Shown piece by piece: positions 8,610 through 17,786 of a DNA stretch of 64,000 nt. Position 1 is the first letter of the stretch; every line of letters begins with the position of its first letter. The stretch is taken from NCBI GenBank assembly GCA_964467655.1, contig CAYXSN010000006.1, forward strand, positions 9,601-73,600, read 5' to 3'. This stretch comes from an uncultured Candidatus Saccharimonadales bacterium (GTDB lineage: Bacteria > Patescibacteriota > Saccharimonadia > UBA4664). The notes under the pieces were generated by a model, which did not search any database, had not been told where the DNA came from, and worked only from the letters and a program-made list of their open reading frames with translations. Both the position numbers and the translations under genes were made by a program.

Positions 8610-9871
8610 TGAAAGTAACGAACTGACCCAAATGGTATTTTATCAGGCATCCGGTTACGAGACTTCCAAGCTGTAGCCGGTGCCAATACCAATTCCCCGT
8701 ATTTGTTATTTACTGAATTCATAACCCGTTCCAAACTATCGGTCCGGCCAAACCAATAGTCATCAAGACTCAGTTGGCGGTCAGGCGCCGGCTCCAAAGC
8801 ATATGTAGTTAACGCCATACTACTTACCACTCTACCCTGAGGACTCTGAGCAAATAAATCCAAAACACGGTCAAATATCTGTTGGCCGCGCCAAGCCGCT
8901 GTTGGATACATACGGCGCTGCTGCCAACCACTCCGATAGTAGCCGACATTACGGCTCGGGTGGCCGACATAATTAAGTTGTAAGAACACACCACGCGCCG
9001 CCAAATGATTCCGGCCCAACCGGCGCGCCACCTTCATGCTAGCCCTACATAATAAAGCCTTAAGCTCTTCTGAGTCGGCCGTCCTATGGTCTAAAACGTA
9101 GCTCCGGCCAGCCGATCGAATACCCCACTCCACTTCTGTCTCGTAGCCTCTGAGCTTGAGATACCAGTGTCGCCCGTTAATACTTTTGAAGACCTGCTTA
9201 GTCAAAACCGGCTCGGGAGCCCTCAAAAACTCAAGTGGTGTCAAAATACCAGCGCCATTGAGCCTCAAGCGGTTACGCTGTTTTATGTAAGGCAAATCCA
9301 CGAGATCGAGCGACGCATACACTGCCTCCAAATTTTGATGGTCAATCACAAATAAACCATCGGGTTTCAGGAAACCTGCAGCCAACTTAGCCAACCAGCG
9401 GTTGGGTGCTATACCCACGTTTATCTTCATATAATCACCCACTTCTTCTCGCACTCTTTGCTTGATCTCTAAGCCGACATCCACCAGGCTCCTACCGTTA
9501 AGGAGACTATTCATCCCCTGAAAATCCAAAATACCCTCATCCACCGAGCGCATCACGAAACCAGGCGTATATGAACTAAAAATCTGCTGAACCAATTGAT
9601 AGACATGTTGATATTTAGCCGGATCGCTTTCTACCATGACAAACCCCGGTGCCTTGAGGCGCGCTTCGGGTAGCCTGGTGCCCAAGCCTACCCCCTGATC
9701 TTTGGCTTCAGGCGAAGCCGCAATACAAATAGCAGTATCACTCAACCGGTTACTTACCCCCACTGGGCGACCCCTCAAGAGGGGGTTGGCCTGTTGTTCT
9801 GCCATAGCAAAAGCCGAGTTAAGATCAATGTGCATAATCTCCGGCTTAGAACGGCTAATCTCGATATTCAT
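8606..9871 (-). CDS. umuC: Y-family DNA polymerase, UmuC/YqjW-like (translesion polymerase)
   Basis: 421 aa. The N-terminus IMHIDLNSAFAMAEQQANPLLRGRPVGVSNRLSDTAICIAASPEAKDQGV aligns with UmuC (CDVNAFYASCE...VVVLSNNDGCVIARNAEAKALGV). The catalytic D and the SVDEGILDF (DE) motif are present. Confidence 0.7.
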   Translation of the reverse strand: MNIEISRSKPEIMHIDLNSAFAMAEQQANPLLRGRPVGVSNRLSDTAICIAASPEAKDQGVGLGTRLPEARLKAPGFVMVESDPAKYQHVYQLVQQIFSSYTPGFVMRSVDEGILDFQGMNSLLNGRSLVDVGLEIKQRVREEVGDYMKINVGIAPNRWLAKLAAGFLKPDGLFVIDHQNLEAVYASLDLVDLPYIKQRNRLRLNGAGILTPLEFLRAPEPVLTKQVFKSINGRHWYLKLRGYETEVEWGIRSAGRSYVLDHRTADSEELKALLCRASMKVARRLGRNHLAARGVFLQLNYVGHPSRNVGYYRSGWQQRRMYPTAAWRGQQIFDRVLDLFAQSPQGRVVSSMALTTYALEPAPDRQLSLDDYWFGRTDSLERVMNSVNNKYGELVLAPATAWKSRNRMPDKIPFGSVRYFH

Positions 9872-10128
9872 CCATAAAACACATCGGTTAACGTCCAGAC
9901 TAAAGTATCAGGATCTAATTCAACCCGAAAGGCCGTCTCGCCGCTGGCAAAACTAAAGATATGGTATCGTTTGGCTCCCCGCCGCTCAGGATGATAAAAA
10001 CCCATTTTATCAATCAGCCAGCGACGTCCTTGCCATTGCATAGCCTGGGGTATAACTCGTACCGCTCCCCCGGGACGCGCACTGAACACAGCTAATACGC
10101 CTACTGAATCAGCCAGTCTTTGTTGCAT
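9868..10128 (-). CDS. yolD: YolD-like protein (UmuD-analog accessory partner of Y-family polymerases)
   Basis: 86 aa. The WLIDKMGFYHPERRG motif resembles the YolD GFMLPEHR signature. The start codon overlaps the end of the polymerase gene, so translational coupling is likely. Confidence 0.45.
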   Translation of the reverse strand: MQQRLADSVGVLAVFSARPGGAVRVIPQAMQWQGRRWLIDKMGFYHPERRGAKRYHIFSFASGETAFRVELDPDTLVWTLTDVFYG

Positions 10129-10185
10129 AATAGACCCTCCAGTATCATATTATACCGTACAAAGACCAAACGCAAGCATGATTTC

Positions 10186-10788
10186 TTAGGAGTAGAAGCC
10201 CACGCTCCTGGCATACTGAGCCACTAAGGGATGAAGACCGGCTGGCTGCCGACTACAGCTCAAGCTCTGACGGATAGCAGTCGATGATACGTTGTAGACT
10301 AAAGGTGCTTGCACCACCTCAACTCGCAAACTGGTACCTAAATCACCCAACCGCTGCCGCAAATCAGTTAAGGAATGAGTAGGAGCTCCCGGTCGCTGAA
10401 CCATAATATATGAAGTATTATTTACTACAGATTCGACATCTCTCCAGGTATCAAGACCAGACAAAGTATCCTCGCCTACAATAAATACAAACTCCTGACC
10501 ACCAAAACGCGCCAGTACCTCGGTAAAATACTCTAGAGTATGGGGCTGGTCAAAATCATTTACCTCCAACGGCGCCACCTCTAGAAACGCCTCATCCGAC
10601 AATGCTAGTTGCAGCATAGCTAAGCGCGCGCCCAGATCCGCCACCGGTACTTTATGAGCTGGACGGGCATTGGGCCAAAACCACACCGACTCCAGGCCGC
10701 ATTGCTGTCGAACCACCCGAGCCACGGCTACATGACCTTCATGCACAGGGTCGAAAGTACCTGTCAGAATGCCAATTCTAGCCATCAT
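10186..10788 (-). CDS. nadD: Nicotinate-nucleotide adenylyltransferase NadD
   Basis: MARIGILTGTFDPVHEGH (the (H/T)xGH motif) plus NadD-family body. Start chosen at the MM before ARIGIL. The ORF is open to 10818. Confidence 0.75.
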   Translation of the reverse strand: MMARIGILTGTFDPVHEGHVAVARVVRQQCGLESVWFWPNARPAHKVPVADLGARLAMLQLALSDEAFLEVAPLEVNDFDQPHTLEYFTEVLARFGGQEFVFIVGEDTLSGLDTWRDVESVVNNTSYIMVQRPGAPTHSLTDLRQRLGDLGTSLRVEVVQAPLVYNVSSTAIRQSLSCSRQPAGLHPLVAQYARSVGFYS

Positions 10789-10799
10789 TGGCAATGATG

Positions 10800-11381
10800 T
10801 TAGGAGCGGCTCAGCCATTCCCGATAATTTCGGATGACAATACCCGCAACGGCTTCTATGTCATTGATCGCCGTGTCGACGACAAGGTCGAAATTATGCT
10901 TGTCATAGGCATTCACTTGGTACTTTGCCTGATATCGACGGGTTTCGCTGTCCAAACGATCCTGGAGGAGCTCGGCATACTCTTGAGGATTTGTGGGAAT
11001 GTTCTCACTCTCCATGCGCGCCGAATCGATACCTTTCAGAATACGGACGGCTGCCGTCTCAAGATCAAGATCCAGAAAAACCTTAAAAGAATTGGGAATC
11101 CAATGCCAGGCCAATCTGGAATCAATGACCAAATCATCCTGAGTTTCTCCAAGTTCTACTAACCGTTGATCTACTCGCCGGTCCAGTTCAGCATCTTTTT
11201 CGGCGGTAATATTAGTCTGCAAAATATCGAGGCCCATTTCTTCTCCAATTTTACGGAGCAAATCACCTGAAGAAAAATGTTGGAAACCCAGCTCAGCCGC
11301 TACAGCTTTAGCCGTAGCCGATTTACCACTTCCAGGCCGTCCCGCAATCGTGACAATGTGCTTTTTAGCGGTCTGCGCCAC
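10800..11381 (-). CDS. cmk: Cytidylate kinase
   Basis: P-loop TIAGRPGSGKSATAK plus Cmk-like body. Start assigned to the third of three GTG codons, after AAGAGGAGA. The 5' end overlaps rplY by 17 nt. Confidence 0.7.
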   Translation of the reverse strand: MAQTAKKHIVTIAGRPGSGKSATAKAVAAELGFQHFSSGDLLRKIGEEMGLDILQTNITAEKDAELDRRVDQRLVELGETQDDLVIDSRLAWHWIPNSFKVFLDLDLETAAVRILKGIDSARMESENIPTNPQEYAELLQDRLDSETRRYQAKYQVNAYDKHNFDLVVDTAINDIEAVAGIVIRNYREWLSRS

Positions 11382-12042
11382 CACCACTCTCCTCTTTGAC
11401 AGCCGTCTGATCTTCGGCCACTGCCTCGGGCAATTCCTCAGATACGGCTTCTTCGAGTTCGGCCATCTCGGCTTCTGATCGCGGTGGCTCGACTTTTGCA
11501 ACTAGCTGACCTAAATCATCACTATCAACTAGGTCGACACCCTTGGGCAATTTCAAATCACCAAGCGTAATAGTGGCCTCAAAATCAGATAGCACACTAA
11601 TATCAACTTCGATCGCCTCAGGCAAATCTGCAGGTAAACACTCAACCTCAACCATTTCCAGAGGCTTAACAAGCGTACCTTCACCTTGATACACGGCGTT
11701 GGATTCACCCACGAAATGCAATGGCACTTCAGCAGTCAGCTTTTCGTTCATGCGAACTGCATAAAAATCAACGTGCCGAAGCTCGCCTCTGAGTGCTCCC
11801 GTTTGAACATCATGGATTAGCACATTGCGCAACGGCGCTGTGCCAACTTTGAGGGCAATCAACTTGCTACCGCCAGCCTGGGCGAATGCCTTCTCCATTT
11901 CTCGTCCGTCGACAGTGATCGACTCGTTCTTCATGTCGCGGCCATAAATGACAGCCGGAACCTGTCCTGAAGCTCTCACTGTCCTCACGCTCTTACCACG
12001 AACCGTTCGTTTATGGGCAACTAATTCAATATTTTCTGACAT
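11365..12042 (-). CDS. rplY: 50S ribosomal protein L25/general stress protein Ctc
   Basis: MSENIELVAHKRTVRGKSVRTVRASGQVPAVIYG... is a typical L25/Ctc N-terminus with an acidic C-terminal tail. Confidence 0.8.
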   Translation of the reverse strand: MSENIELVAHKRTVRGKSVRTVRASGQVPAVIYGRDMKNESITVDGREMEKAFAQAGGSKLIALKVGTAPLRNVLIHDVQTGALRGELRHVDFYAVRMNEKLTAEVPLHFVGESNAVYQGEGTLVKPLEMVEVECLPADLPEAIEVDISVLSDFEATITLGDLKLPKGVDLVDSDDLGQLVAKVEPPRSEAEMAELEEAVSEELPEAVAEDQTAVKEESGGGADR

Positions 12043-12080
12043 TTGGCTATGCTCCTTTTCTCGAAAAATGCCTTACTCTT

Positions 12081-12401
12081 CTAAGACAGCCGCTTCGATT
12101 TGGAAATCCAACGGTGAAATTCCGCGATTTCGCCAGCCGAAATGGCGCCTTTTGCCGTAAACTGCGCTGCCTCACCTTGCCGCAAATCAGTCCTACGCGT
12201 CTCTTTTTGAGACTGCACACCAACAGTAACTGTCGCTAGTACCGGCAGTGAACAATTGTGACAGGACAATTGCATAAAGCAATAATCTTCGAGCTCGCCC
12301 AAAAACCTGATATCGTCAAACACGTAACTTGTGTCGCACGAGGGACACTTATAAAATGCTTGCAAGTTGCGGATGAGCTCCTGCAGATACCGTGGTTTCA
12401 T
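12081..12401 (-). CDS. Hypothetical zinc-ribbon protein (CxxC...C...CxxC)
   Basis: 106 aa with Cys motifs KCPSCD and CHNCS. Lies 24 nt downstream of the GT4 gene and is probably co-transcribed. Confidence 0.4.
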   Translation of the reverse strand: MKPRYLQELIRNLQAFYKCPSCDTSYVFDDIRFLGELEDYCFMQLSCHNCSLPVLATVTVGVQSQKETRRTDLRQGEAAQFTAKGAISAGEIAEFHRWISKSKRLS

Positions 12402-12424
12402 GGGAAAAACTCCCTGTTACTCTC

Positions 12425-13474
12425 TTATCTTACCACATTTAAGCGTTGTCGCCGTACCAGGACCACAATTGCTAGGCTCATAAGAGCCACGAGCACGAGC
12501 AAAGCTACTAACTTTAACATTGATCCGGCCATAAGTGCCACCACGCCAAACAGGGCGACAATTGTGTACAAAACCAACACTGCCTGGCGCTGATTTAAAC
12601 CCGCATCAAGCAATAAATGATGGAAGTGTTTACGATCAGCCCGAAAGGGCGATTCGCCATGAGCCAACCGACGAATAATCGCCCACGCTGTATCAACCAA
12701 CGGCACACCCAGCACTAAGGCTGCAGTTGCCAATTTGGCACCCGAGTAAATAGCCAGCATAGCGAGTACCAACCCCAGGAAATAAGCCCCGCTATCACCC
12801 ATGAATATACGAGCGGGATAAAAGTTGTGAGGCAAGAAGCCAAAGGCAGCGCCAGCCACTACTATAGCTATCAATGCCACTACTGGCTGGTCGACGGCCG
12901 GGCGCACCGCCAATACAAACATCACCACGGCGGCAATTCCCGAAACACCACTAGCCAGTCCATCGAGTCCATCAAGAAAGTTGATAGTATTAGCCATGCC
13001 TACCATCCATAAAATACTCAGGAAATTTGCTACGGGCATGATGTGAAACTGCCAGGGACCCAGATCAACCAAGGTCCGGCCCCAGGTCAGGTCAACCACT
13101 CCACCAAAAGGGTTAGTTACTGAGGTAATGCCGATACCTCCAGCCAAAGCAACCGCAGCCGCCACGATCTGCCACCCTAATTTGGTGGTAGCCGAAAGTC
13201 CCCGGGTATCATCTATCACCCCGATCGCCACGAGTATGGCGCATCCCAACAGTAATGCGCCATACTCACGACTAGGCGGCACAAACAACAATGAAGACGC
13301 TAAAAATGCCCCAAAGATGGCAACACCACCCAAATACGCCACTGGCTGCCGATGAATCTTCCGGCCACCAACCGGCATGTCCACAATAGCGTGCTCAAGC
13401 GCATACCGACGCACCACTGGCGTGAAGGCTGCCGCCAAGGCAAAGGCCAAACCAAACCCCAGAATATATATCAT
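12425..13474 (-). CDS. Glycosyltransferase family 4, MraY/WecA/TagO-like (undecaprenyl-phosphate GlcNAc-1-phosphate transferase-like)
   Basis: 349 aa polytopic membrane protein with the MraY/WecA-family aspartate-rich motif (GVIDDTRGL). Confidence 0.7.
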   Translation of the reverse strand: MIYILGFGLAFALAAAFTPVVRRYALEHAIVDMPVGGRKIHRQPVAYLGGVAIFGAFLASSLLFVPPSREYGALLLGCAILVAIGVIDDTRGLSATTKLGWQIVAAAVALAGGIGITSVTNPFGGVVDLTWGRTLVDLGPWQFHIMPVANFLSILWMVGMANTINFLDGLDGLASGVSGIAAVVMFVLAVRPAVDQPVVALIAIVVAGAAFGFLPHNFYPARIFMGDSGAYFLGLVLAMLAIYSGAKLATAALVLGVPLVDTAWAIIRRLAHGESPFRADRKHFHHLLLDAGLNQRQAVLVLYTIVALFGVVALMAGSMLKLVALLVLVALMSLAIVVLVRRQRLNVVR

Positions 13475-15153
13475 TTTTTGACAGCCTTGTCGGTTACATA
13501 AAACTCCAGGTATTTACCAAACATCAGTCTGGTCTGGGCATTGATGGCCGCAAAGCTAGAAAACACAATTGCGGTAGCCGGCATCAGGCACCATTGCCAC
13601 AACATCGCCAAAGACCGCCACATGCCGTAACGCTGAGGACGTTTGGGTAATAAAATTATACTGATGACAATGGTCAAAGCCAGGGATACTGAAGCCACCA
13701 TCAGAATCCTCGATGTGATGACGGGCAAGTTGTGAGCAAGTGACGTGTAGCTGAACTGTTGATTCAAATACAACGGTAGCCAGGCAGTAAACATCAAAAG
13801 TAATGATGAAGTCGACCATGAATAGTGACCTTCGATGAGCCGTGCGAGTTGCACTAATTTGTTCGACCAAGGAATCTCCCGATGGATAATTGACTCACGA
13901 ACGGCAAAGGCGAAATCACTAGCCCCCCAGGCCCAACGCCGGAGTTGAAGGAATTGAACCCTCATGGTTTTGATATAGGTTTCAGCCATCACGGCATCTT
14001 GATAGACGGGCGTAAACAAGGGCACCACATAATGTTGTCCGCTGTAGCGGAAATAGGTCCGCCAATACTGGTGACCATCTTCGACAATGGTGGTAACACT
14101 CCAAAAATCGGTATCAATCAAGGCCGCCAGACATTGAGCATGGGCTGCAAAATTGCGCAAACGGTTAGGGCGCATCATTTCAATGAAAATCCAAAATGAA
14201 TTACCAGTTGCCAACACCCGCATAGCTGCCGGTACGTCCCAAATGTTATTGTAAAACATCGGTATTGGCTGGTAGCTCTTATGTTGACGCTCGGGATCAA
14301 TAGCATATTCATAGGTCAGATAATTGAAATACTGCCGACTAGCCCGATGATCTGAGTCAAAAGTTGTCACGATCACTCGTTCTGGAGCAATTCCTTGAGC
14401 CTTGATGGCTTTGGCCAAGTGTCGGCCGGCATACGTAATATTGCCACCTTTGCCAATCACCTCCCCTGGCAAGTTGTCAGGGTGCTTAACGGCTAAAGCC
14501 ATACCAAACCTATGACCATATTTCTCCATCAAAATTTCAGCATTGCGAGCAGTTTGAGGACCACCACGCTCCTCGTAGGCCAAGACAAAAATAATACGCT
14601 CCAAAGGATAATCAGCCTCGGTCAGGGCCTTAACTGATGGCTCCAAAATATCAAGAGACTCATTATAGGTTGCCATGATGACCACATGGTAAATAGTTGA
14701 GGGGTCAAAAATGTCATGCCCCCTAGCTGCCAATACCGTGAGCCTAGCTTCCTCGGCTACTAACACCTGATAATCATGCCAGGCTTTGGTTTGCAATAAT
14801 CGGTGCCATCGCCAACTCCAAGCTGACATCCGCCGATAAGCCGTCTGTCGGCGCATTTGAGCGAAACTACGAGCTGCTTCGACATCAGCTAATTGAACGA
14901 GCCTGTCTTGCCAGTTAATCTGACTCGCCCGACGCATCTGCTGATAGGCTCTTACCAGGTAATAACTCATACGGTAGGATTTAGCCATCCAATACAAATC
15001 AAATCCAATAATGAAGTAGGCTACAGCTACCGGCCACCGCAAACTCAAAAGGATGGGCGCGATCAGAGTAAACCAAGTTGCCAGACCCGGGATAGTCTCA
15101 AGCAATCTAGTAAACCAGCGAGCATCTACCCATTTGAGCGTACTCGATTGCAT
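13471..15153 (-). CDS. Membrane-bound family 2 glycosyltransferase
   Basis: 560 aa with N- and C-terminal TM segments flanking a GT2 core (VVIMATYNESLDILEPSVKAL..., FDSDH). Overlaps the GT4 gene by 4 nt. Confidence 0.55.
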   Translation of the reverse strand: MQSSTLKWVDARWFTRLLETIPGLATWFTLIAPILLSLRWPVAVAYFIIGFDLYWMAKSYRMSYYLVRAYQQMRRASQINWQDRLVQLADVEAARSFAQMRRQTAYRRMSAWSWRWHRLLQTKAWHDYQVLVAEEARLTVLAARGHDIFDPSTIYHVVIMATYNESLDILEPSVKALTEADYPLERIIFVLAYEERGGPQTARNAEILMEKYGHRFGMALAVKHPDNLPGEVIGKGGNITYAGRHLAKAIKAQGIAPERVIVTTFDSDHRASRQYFNYLTYEYAIDPERQHKSYQPIPMFYNNIWDVPAAMRVLATGNSFWIFIEMMRPNRLRNFAAHAQCLAALIDTDFWSVTTIVEDGHQYWRTYFRYSGQHYVVPLFTPVYQDAVMAETYIKTMRVQFLQLRRWAWGASDFAFAVRESIIHREIPWSNKLVQLARLIEGHYSWSTSSLLLMFTAWLPLYLNQQFSYTSLAHNLPVITSRILMVASVSLALTIVISIILLPKRPQRYGMWRSLAMLWQWCLMPATAIVFSSFAAINAQTRLMFGKYLEFYVTDKAVKK

Positions 15154-15587
15154 TACCTGACGCTCCCAAAAGCGGCGGCAATCACCCCGCCGAATGCGGA
15201 CACTACCACTGATGTCGCCAACAAGAAGAAACTCACCATCCGATTCCGATGAAAACTACGGTAGGCAAAGAACGTGTTGGCTAAAGCCACTGCCAGACAC
15301 TGGGCCAACAGCACATAAGGAAAGTACCAGGGACCCAAGGTATCAAAGCCGGTCAGATTCGAATATCGTACTGGCACCGGCACGTCAGCCGGCCTCACAT
15401 GCAATACGAGCCAAGCTAAGCTGGCCAAGAAGATCAGAGCTGTCAGCCCAAGCAAGGCCACTGAAAACAAATCGTGAAAAAAACGGGACTGGGCTACCCG
15501 CTCAAAAAATGCCCCCACTCCCCGCCGTGCGGTGGTGATTGGCGATGCAGAACTCATAGTTATCATTATAGCATTGGCGCCTGACAC
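15153..15587 (-). CDS. Hypothetical integral membrane protein
   Basis: 144 aa with 3-4 predicted TM helices. Its stop overlaps the GT2 start. Confidence 0.4.
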   Translation of the reverse strand: MSGANAIMITMSSASPITTARRGVGAFFERVAQSRFFHDLFSVALLGLTALIFLASLAWLVLHVRPADVPVPVRYSNLTGFDTLGPWYFPYVLLAQCLAVALANTFFAYRSFHRNRMVSFFLLATSVVVSAFGGVIAAAFGSVR

Positions 15588-15592
15588 ACCAT

Positions 15593-15666
15593 TGGAGCGG
15601 GTAACGGGAATCGAACCCGTCTCTCAACCTTGGGAAGGTCGCATTCTACCAATAAACTATACCCGC
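15593..15666 (-). tRNA. tRNA-Gly (anticodon CCC)
   Basis: 74-nt cloverleaf GCGGGTA...CGACC TTCCCAA GGTTG...TTCGATT...TACCCGCTCCA. Confidence 0.8.
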
Positions 15667-15668
15667 AC

Positions 15669-15744
15669 TGGAGCCGATGAAGGGATTCGAACCCATGACC
15701 TTTGCTTTACGAAAGCACTGCTCTACCAACTGAGCTACATCGGC
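15669..15744 (-). tRNA. tRNA-Thr (anticodon CGU), discriminator U73
   Basis: 76-nt cloverleaf GCCGATG TA GCTCAGTTGGTAGAGC ... anticodon loop TTCGTAA ... TTCGAAT ... CATCGGC T CCA. Carries a G27-A43 mismatch and a U50-U64 mismatch. Confidence 0.7.
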
Positions 15745-15781
15745 ACGTCTAACCAGGCTAGCTTAGCAAAAAACAGCTAGC

Positions 15782-15810
15782 AAAAAAAGCACCCCTTATT
15801 GAAGGGGTGC
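15782..15810 (-). terminator. Rho-independent terminator after the small minus-strand gene
   Basis: Minus strand GCACCCCTTCAATAAGGGGTGC followed by TTTTTTT. Confidence 0.65.
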
Positions 15811-15836
15811 TCCATACACTTAGCAGAATGATAAAG

Positions 15837-16007
15837 CTAATTGAGACCTTTGTGCTTCGGATAGCGCGTGGCGTAACGATCGGCCAGAAATTCATACTTT
15901 TGCTCAAGGGCCCGCTTGGCTTCCTCTGGACTCATGTAAAACACATCATATAAGTCCTGTTGAGCGGCTGCCGAAGACCGAATTTTGCGGATTCTTGATT
16001 GGCTCAC
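15837..16007 (-). CDS. Hypothetical small basic protein (56 aa)
   Basis: GTG start with an AGAGGGAAA RBS (VSQSRIRKIRSS...YPKHKGLN). Its own terminator lies downstream. Confidence 0.4.
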   Translation of the reverse strand: MSQSRIRKIRSSAAAQQDLYDVFYMSPEEAKRALEQKYEFLADRYATRYPKHKGLN

Positions 16008-16085
16008 TGTTGTTTCCCTCTTGTTTACTAACAACCCGTATTATGGGCAATGAGGATCAATCGAGCATTAGCATAAATTACAAAC

Positions 16086-16556
16086 TTAATATGTCAGGTA
16101 ACTGCGGAATATGTAACCCATCACACCGTTGTACCGCACTTGCTGCCATGAAGCATCCTGGTAATCAAGTAACTCTACAGTTGTACCGCCGTTGAGGTCC
16201 AGAAGTATAGCTGAGGCAGTCGATGCCCCCGCCCTCAGGTGCACGAACGCACTGGTACGCGCCGTCCGGAAAACCCGTGGTGCGACCGTAGGGCTTGGCG
16301 TAGCTGTGAGAGTGATTGCTACGGTGGGAACAGGAGTAACTGAAGCTGTTGCAGTTGGACTTGGACTAGGTGTGACTGTTGGTAAGTCGACTGGCCAGTT
16401 GAACCTCCAGGAACCAAAAGTTACCGGCCCCGACTGCACACGCCAGTGTTCAAGCAAATTTGAACCGGCTCCTATAGCATAGGTGGTCTCAGCTAAGATT
16501 GCAGCCGCCAAGGCTAAACCGACTCCCCCACTTGCCATTGCTACCCACCGGTTCAT
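16086..16556 (-). CDS. Secreted SH3b-domain protein with a Pro/Thr-rich linker
   Basis: Signal peptide (MNRWVAMASGGVGLALAAAILA), PT-rich spacer, and a C-terminal bacterial SH3-like segment (...VRYNGVMGYIFRSYL). Confidence 0.5.
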   Translation of the reverse strand: MNRWVAMASGGVGLALAAAILAETTYAIGAGSNLLEHWRVQSGPVTFGSWRFNWPVDLPTVTPSPSPTATASVTPVPTVAITLTATPSPTVAPRVFRTARTSAFVHLRAGASTASAILLDLNGGTTVELLDYQDASWQQVRYNGVMGYIFRSYLTY

Positions 16557-16597
16557 TTGTTGCTCACCTCAATCATGACGGTTTATAACCCGACCAG

Positions 16598-17059
16598 TTA
16601 CCCTTGGTAATACGTTAACCACAGCCAAACGACAGCTGTAGCGACGGCCGCAATTACCGCTAAGCCAATAACAAACTGTAGCACCACTTTCCACATTCTG
16701 GGGTCTTGAGACTCCCGGGACGGCTCGCGGCGCATCGATAACGGCTCATCCTGATAGTCTTCATACTGATACGCATCGTCGCGTCGCCTGGAAGCCACCT
16801 GACGAGCCACGACGGGTCGGCTGGCCTGGCGGGGAGCTGGTACTGGCATTGGTGCCGGCCGCCGCACAGGCGCCGCAGCCACAGGCTGCCTCGCCGGGGC
16901 AGCCGGACGGGCCGCAGACATAGACCTAGCGGGTACTGGTCGCGCGGACTGCCGAGTTGGCGCTGGCTGCCGCGAACGGCCAAATCCGTCCATCGAGCGC
17001 GGTGCCATATCCATTCTCCGGGTGGGGCGTGGTTGATCCATTAACTTTAAATATACCAC
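16598..17059 (-). CDS. Hypothetical Pro/Arg/Ala-rich protein with a C-terminal TM anchor
   Basis: 153 aa low-complexity P/R/A-rich protein ending in a hydrophobic helix VVLQFVIGLAVIAAVATAVVWLWL. Confidence 0.35.
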   Translation of the reverse strand: MVYLKLMDQPRPTRRMDMAPRSMDGFGRSRQPAPTRQSARPVPARSMSAARPAAPARQPVAAAPVRRPAPMPVPAPRQASRPVVARQVASRRRDDAYQYEDYQDEPLSMRREPSRESQDPRMWKVVLQFVIGLAVIAAVATAVVWLWLTYYQG

Positions 17060-17105
17060 AACCTTTTCCTTTTCCTCTCCAATCCCATGCTATATTGAAG
17101 CCAGC

Positions 17106-17705
17106 ATGAGTAGTTTCCGCACCAGCCGGACGTTTGACGTCTTGTTTATTGGCTGTTTACTGGGCGTTCTGGTAGTAGCCTATCTGTACAGAGTGGCGCT
17201 CGGCGACTGGCTGTTCTTTGCGTCGCACCAGCCGGCCGAGCGGGTGGTCAACCTCGCCAAGTCCGCCAAATTAACTGACACTGGCACCAGGCTACTCTAC
17301 CGGGGTGACCCCCAATTTGTCGGCATCGCTACCATCGAAAGCGTTTGTGACACCCAGGAGCTAGGCTGCCTCACTCCAAAAGGCCAGATTTATATCCTCG
17401 ATGATCCAACCAACCAAGGCCAATCAGTCATTACAGCTCTCCATGAAATGTTGCATCTGGCTTACCGGCGGTTACCCGAGTCAGCCAAAGCCGGCCTGTC
17501 GTACGAGCTCACTCAAGTTCAACAGGACCCAAGCCTTGAAGTTGAGCTAAAAGCCTACACCAACAGCGAGGAACGACGCGACGAAGCGTTTGCTATTGCT
17601 GGAACCGAAATAAGATCGTTGCCCAAAGGCCTTGAAGAGCAGTACCAACGCTATTTCCAGGACCGCGAACAGATCGTCTCAACCTTTGAAAACAGCCTCA
17701 AATAA
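17106..17705 (+). CDS. Hypothetical membrane-anchored putative zinc metalloprotease (HExxH)
   Basis: N-terminal TM helix and an HEMLH motif. No family assigned. Confidence 0.35.
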   Translation: MSSFRTSRTFDVLFIGCLLGVLVVAYLYRVALGDWLFFASHQPAERVVNLAKSAKLTDTGTRLLYRGDPQFVGIATIESVCDTQELGCLTPKGQIYILDDPTNQGQSVITALHEMLHLAYRRLPESAKAGLSYELTQVQQDPSLEVELKAYTNSEERRDEAFAIAGTEIRSLPKGLEEQYQRYFQDREQIVSTFENSLK

Positions 17706-17761
17706 CAAGTTGCGCAAAAAAATGCACAACTTCACATGCCTTTCCCACAGGTTGTGTGTAA

Positions 17762-17786
17762 CAGTTGTGCAAATTTTGCACAACTG
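17762..17786 (+). promoter_or_regulatory. Perfect 25-bp palindromic operator upstream of the TrmB-family regulator gene
   Basis: CAGTTGTGCAAATTTTGCACAACTG, 15 nt upstream of the ATG. A second imperfect copy, AAGTTGCGCAAAAAAATGCACAACTT, lies at 17707-17732. Confidence 0.55.
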
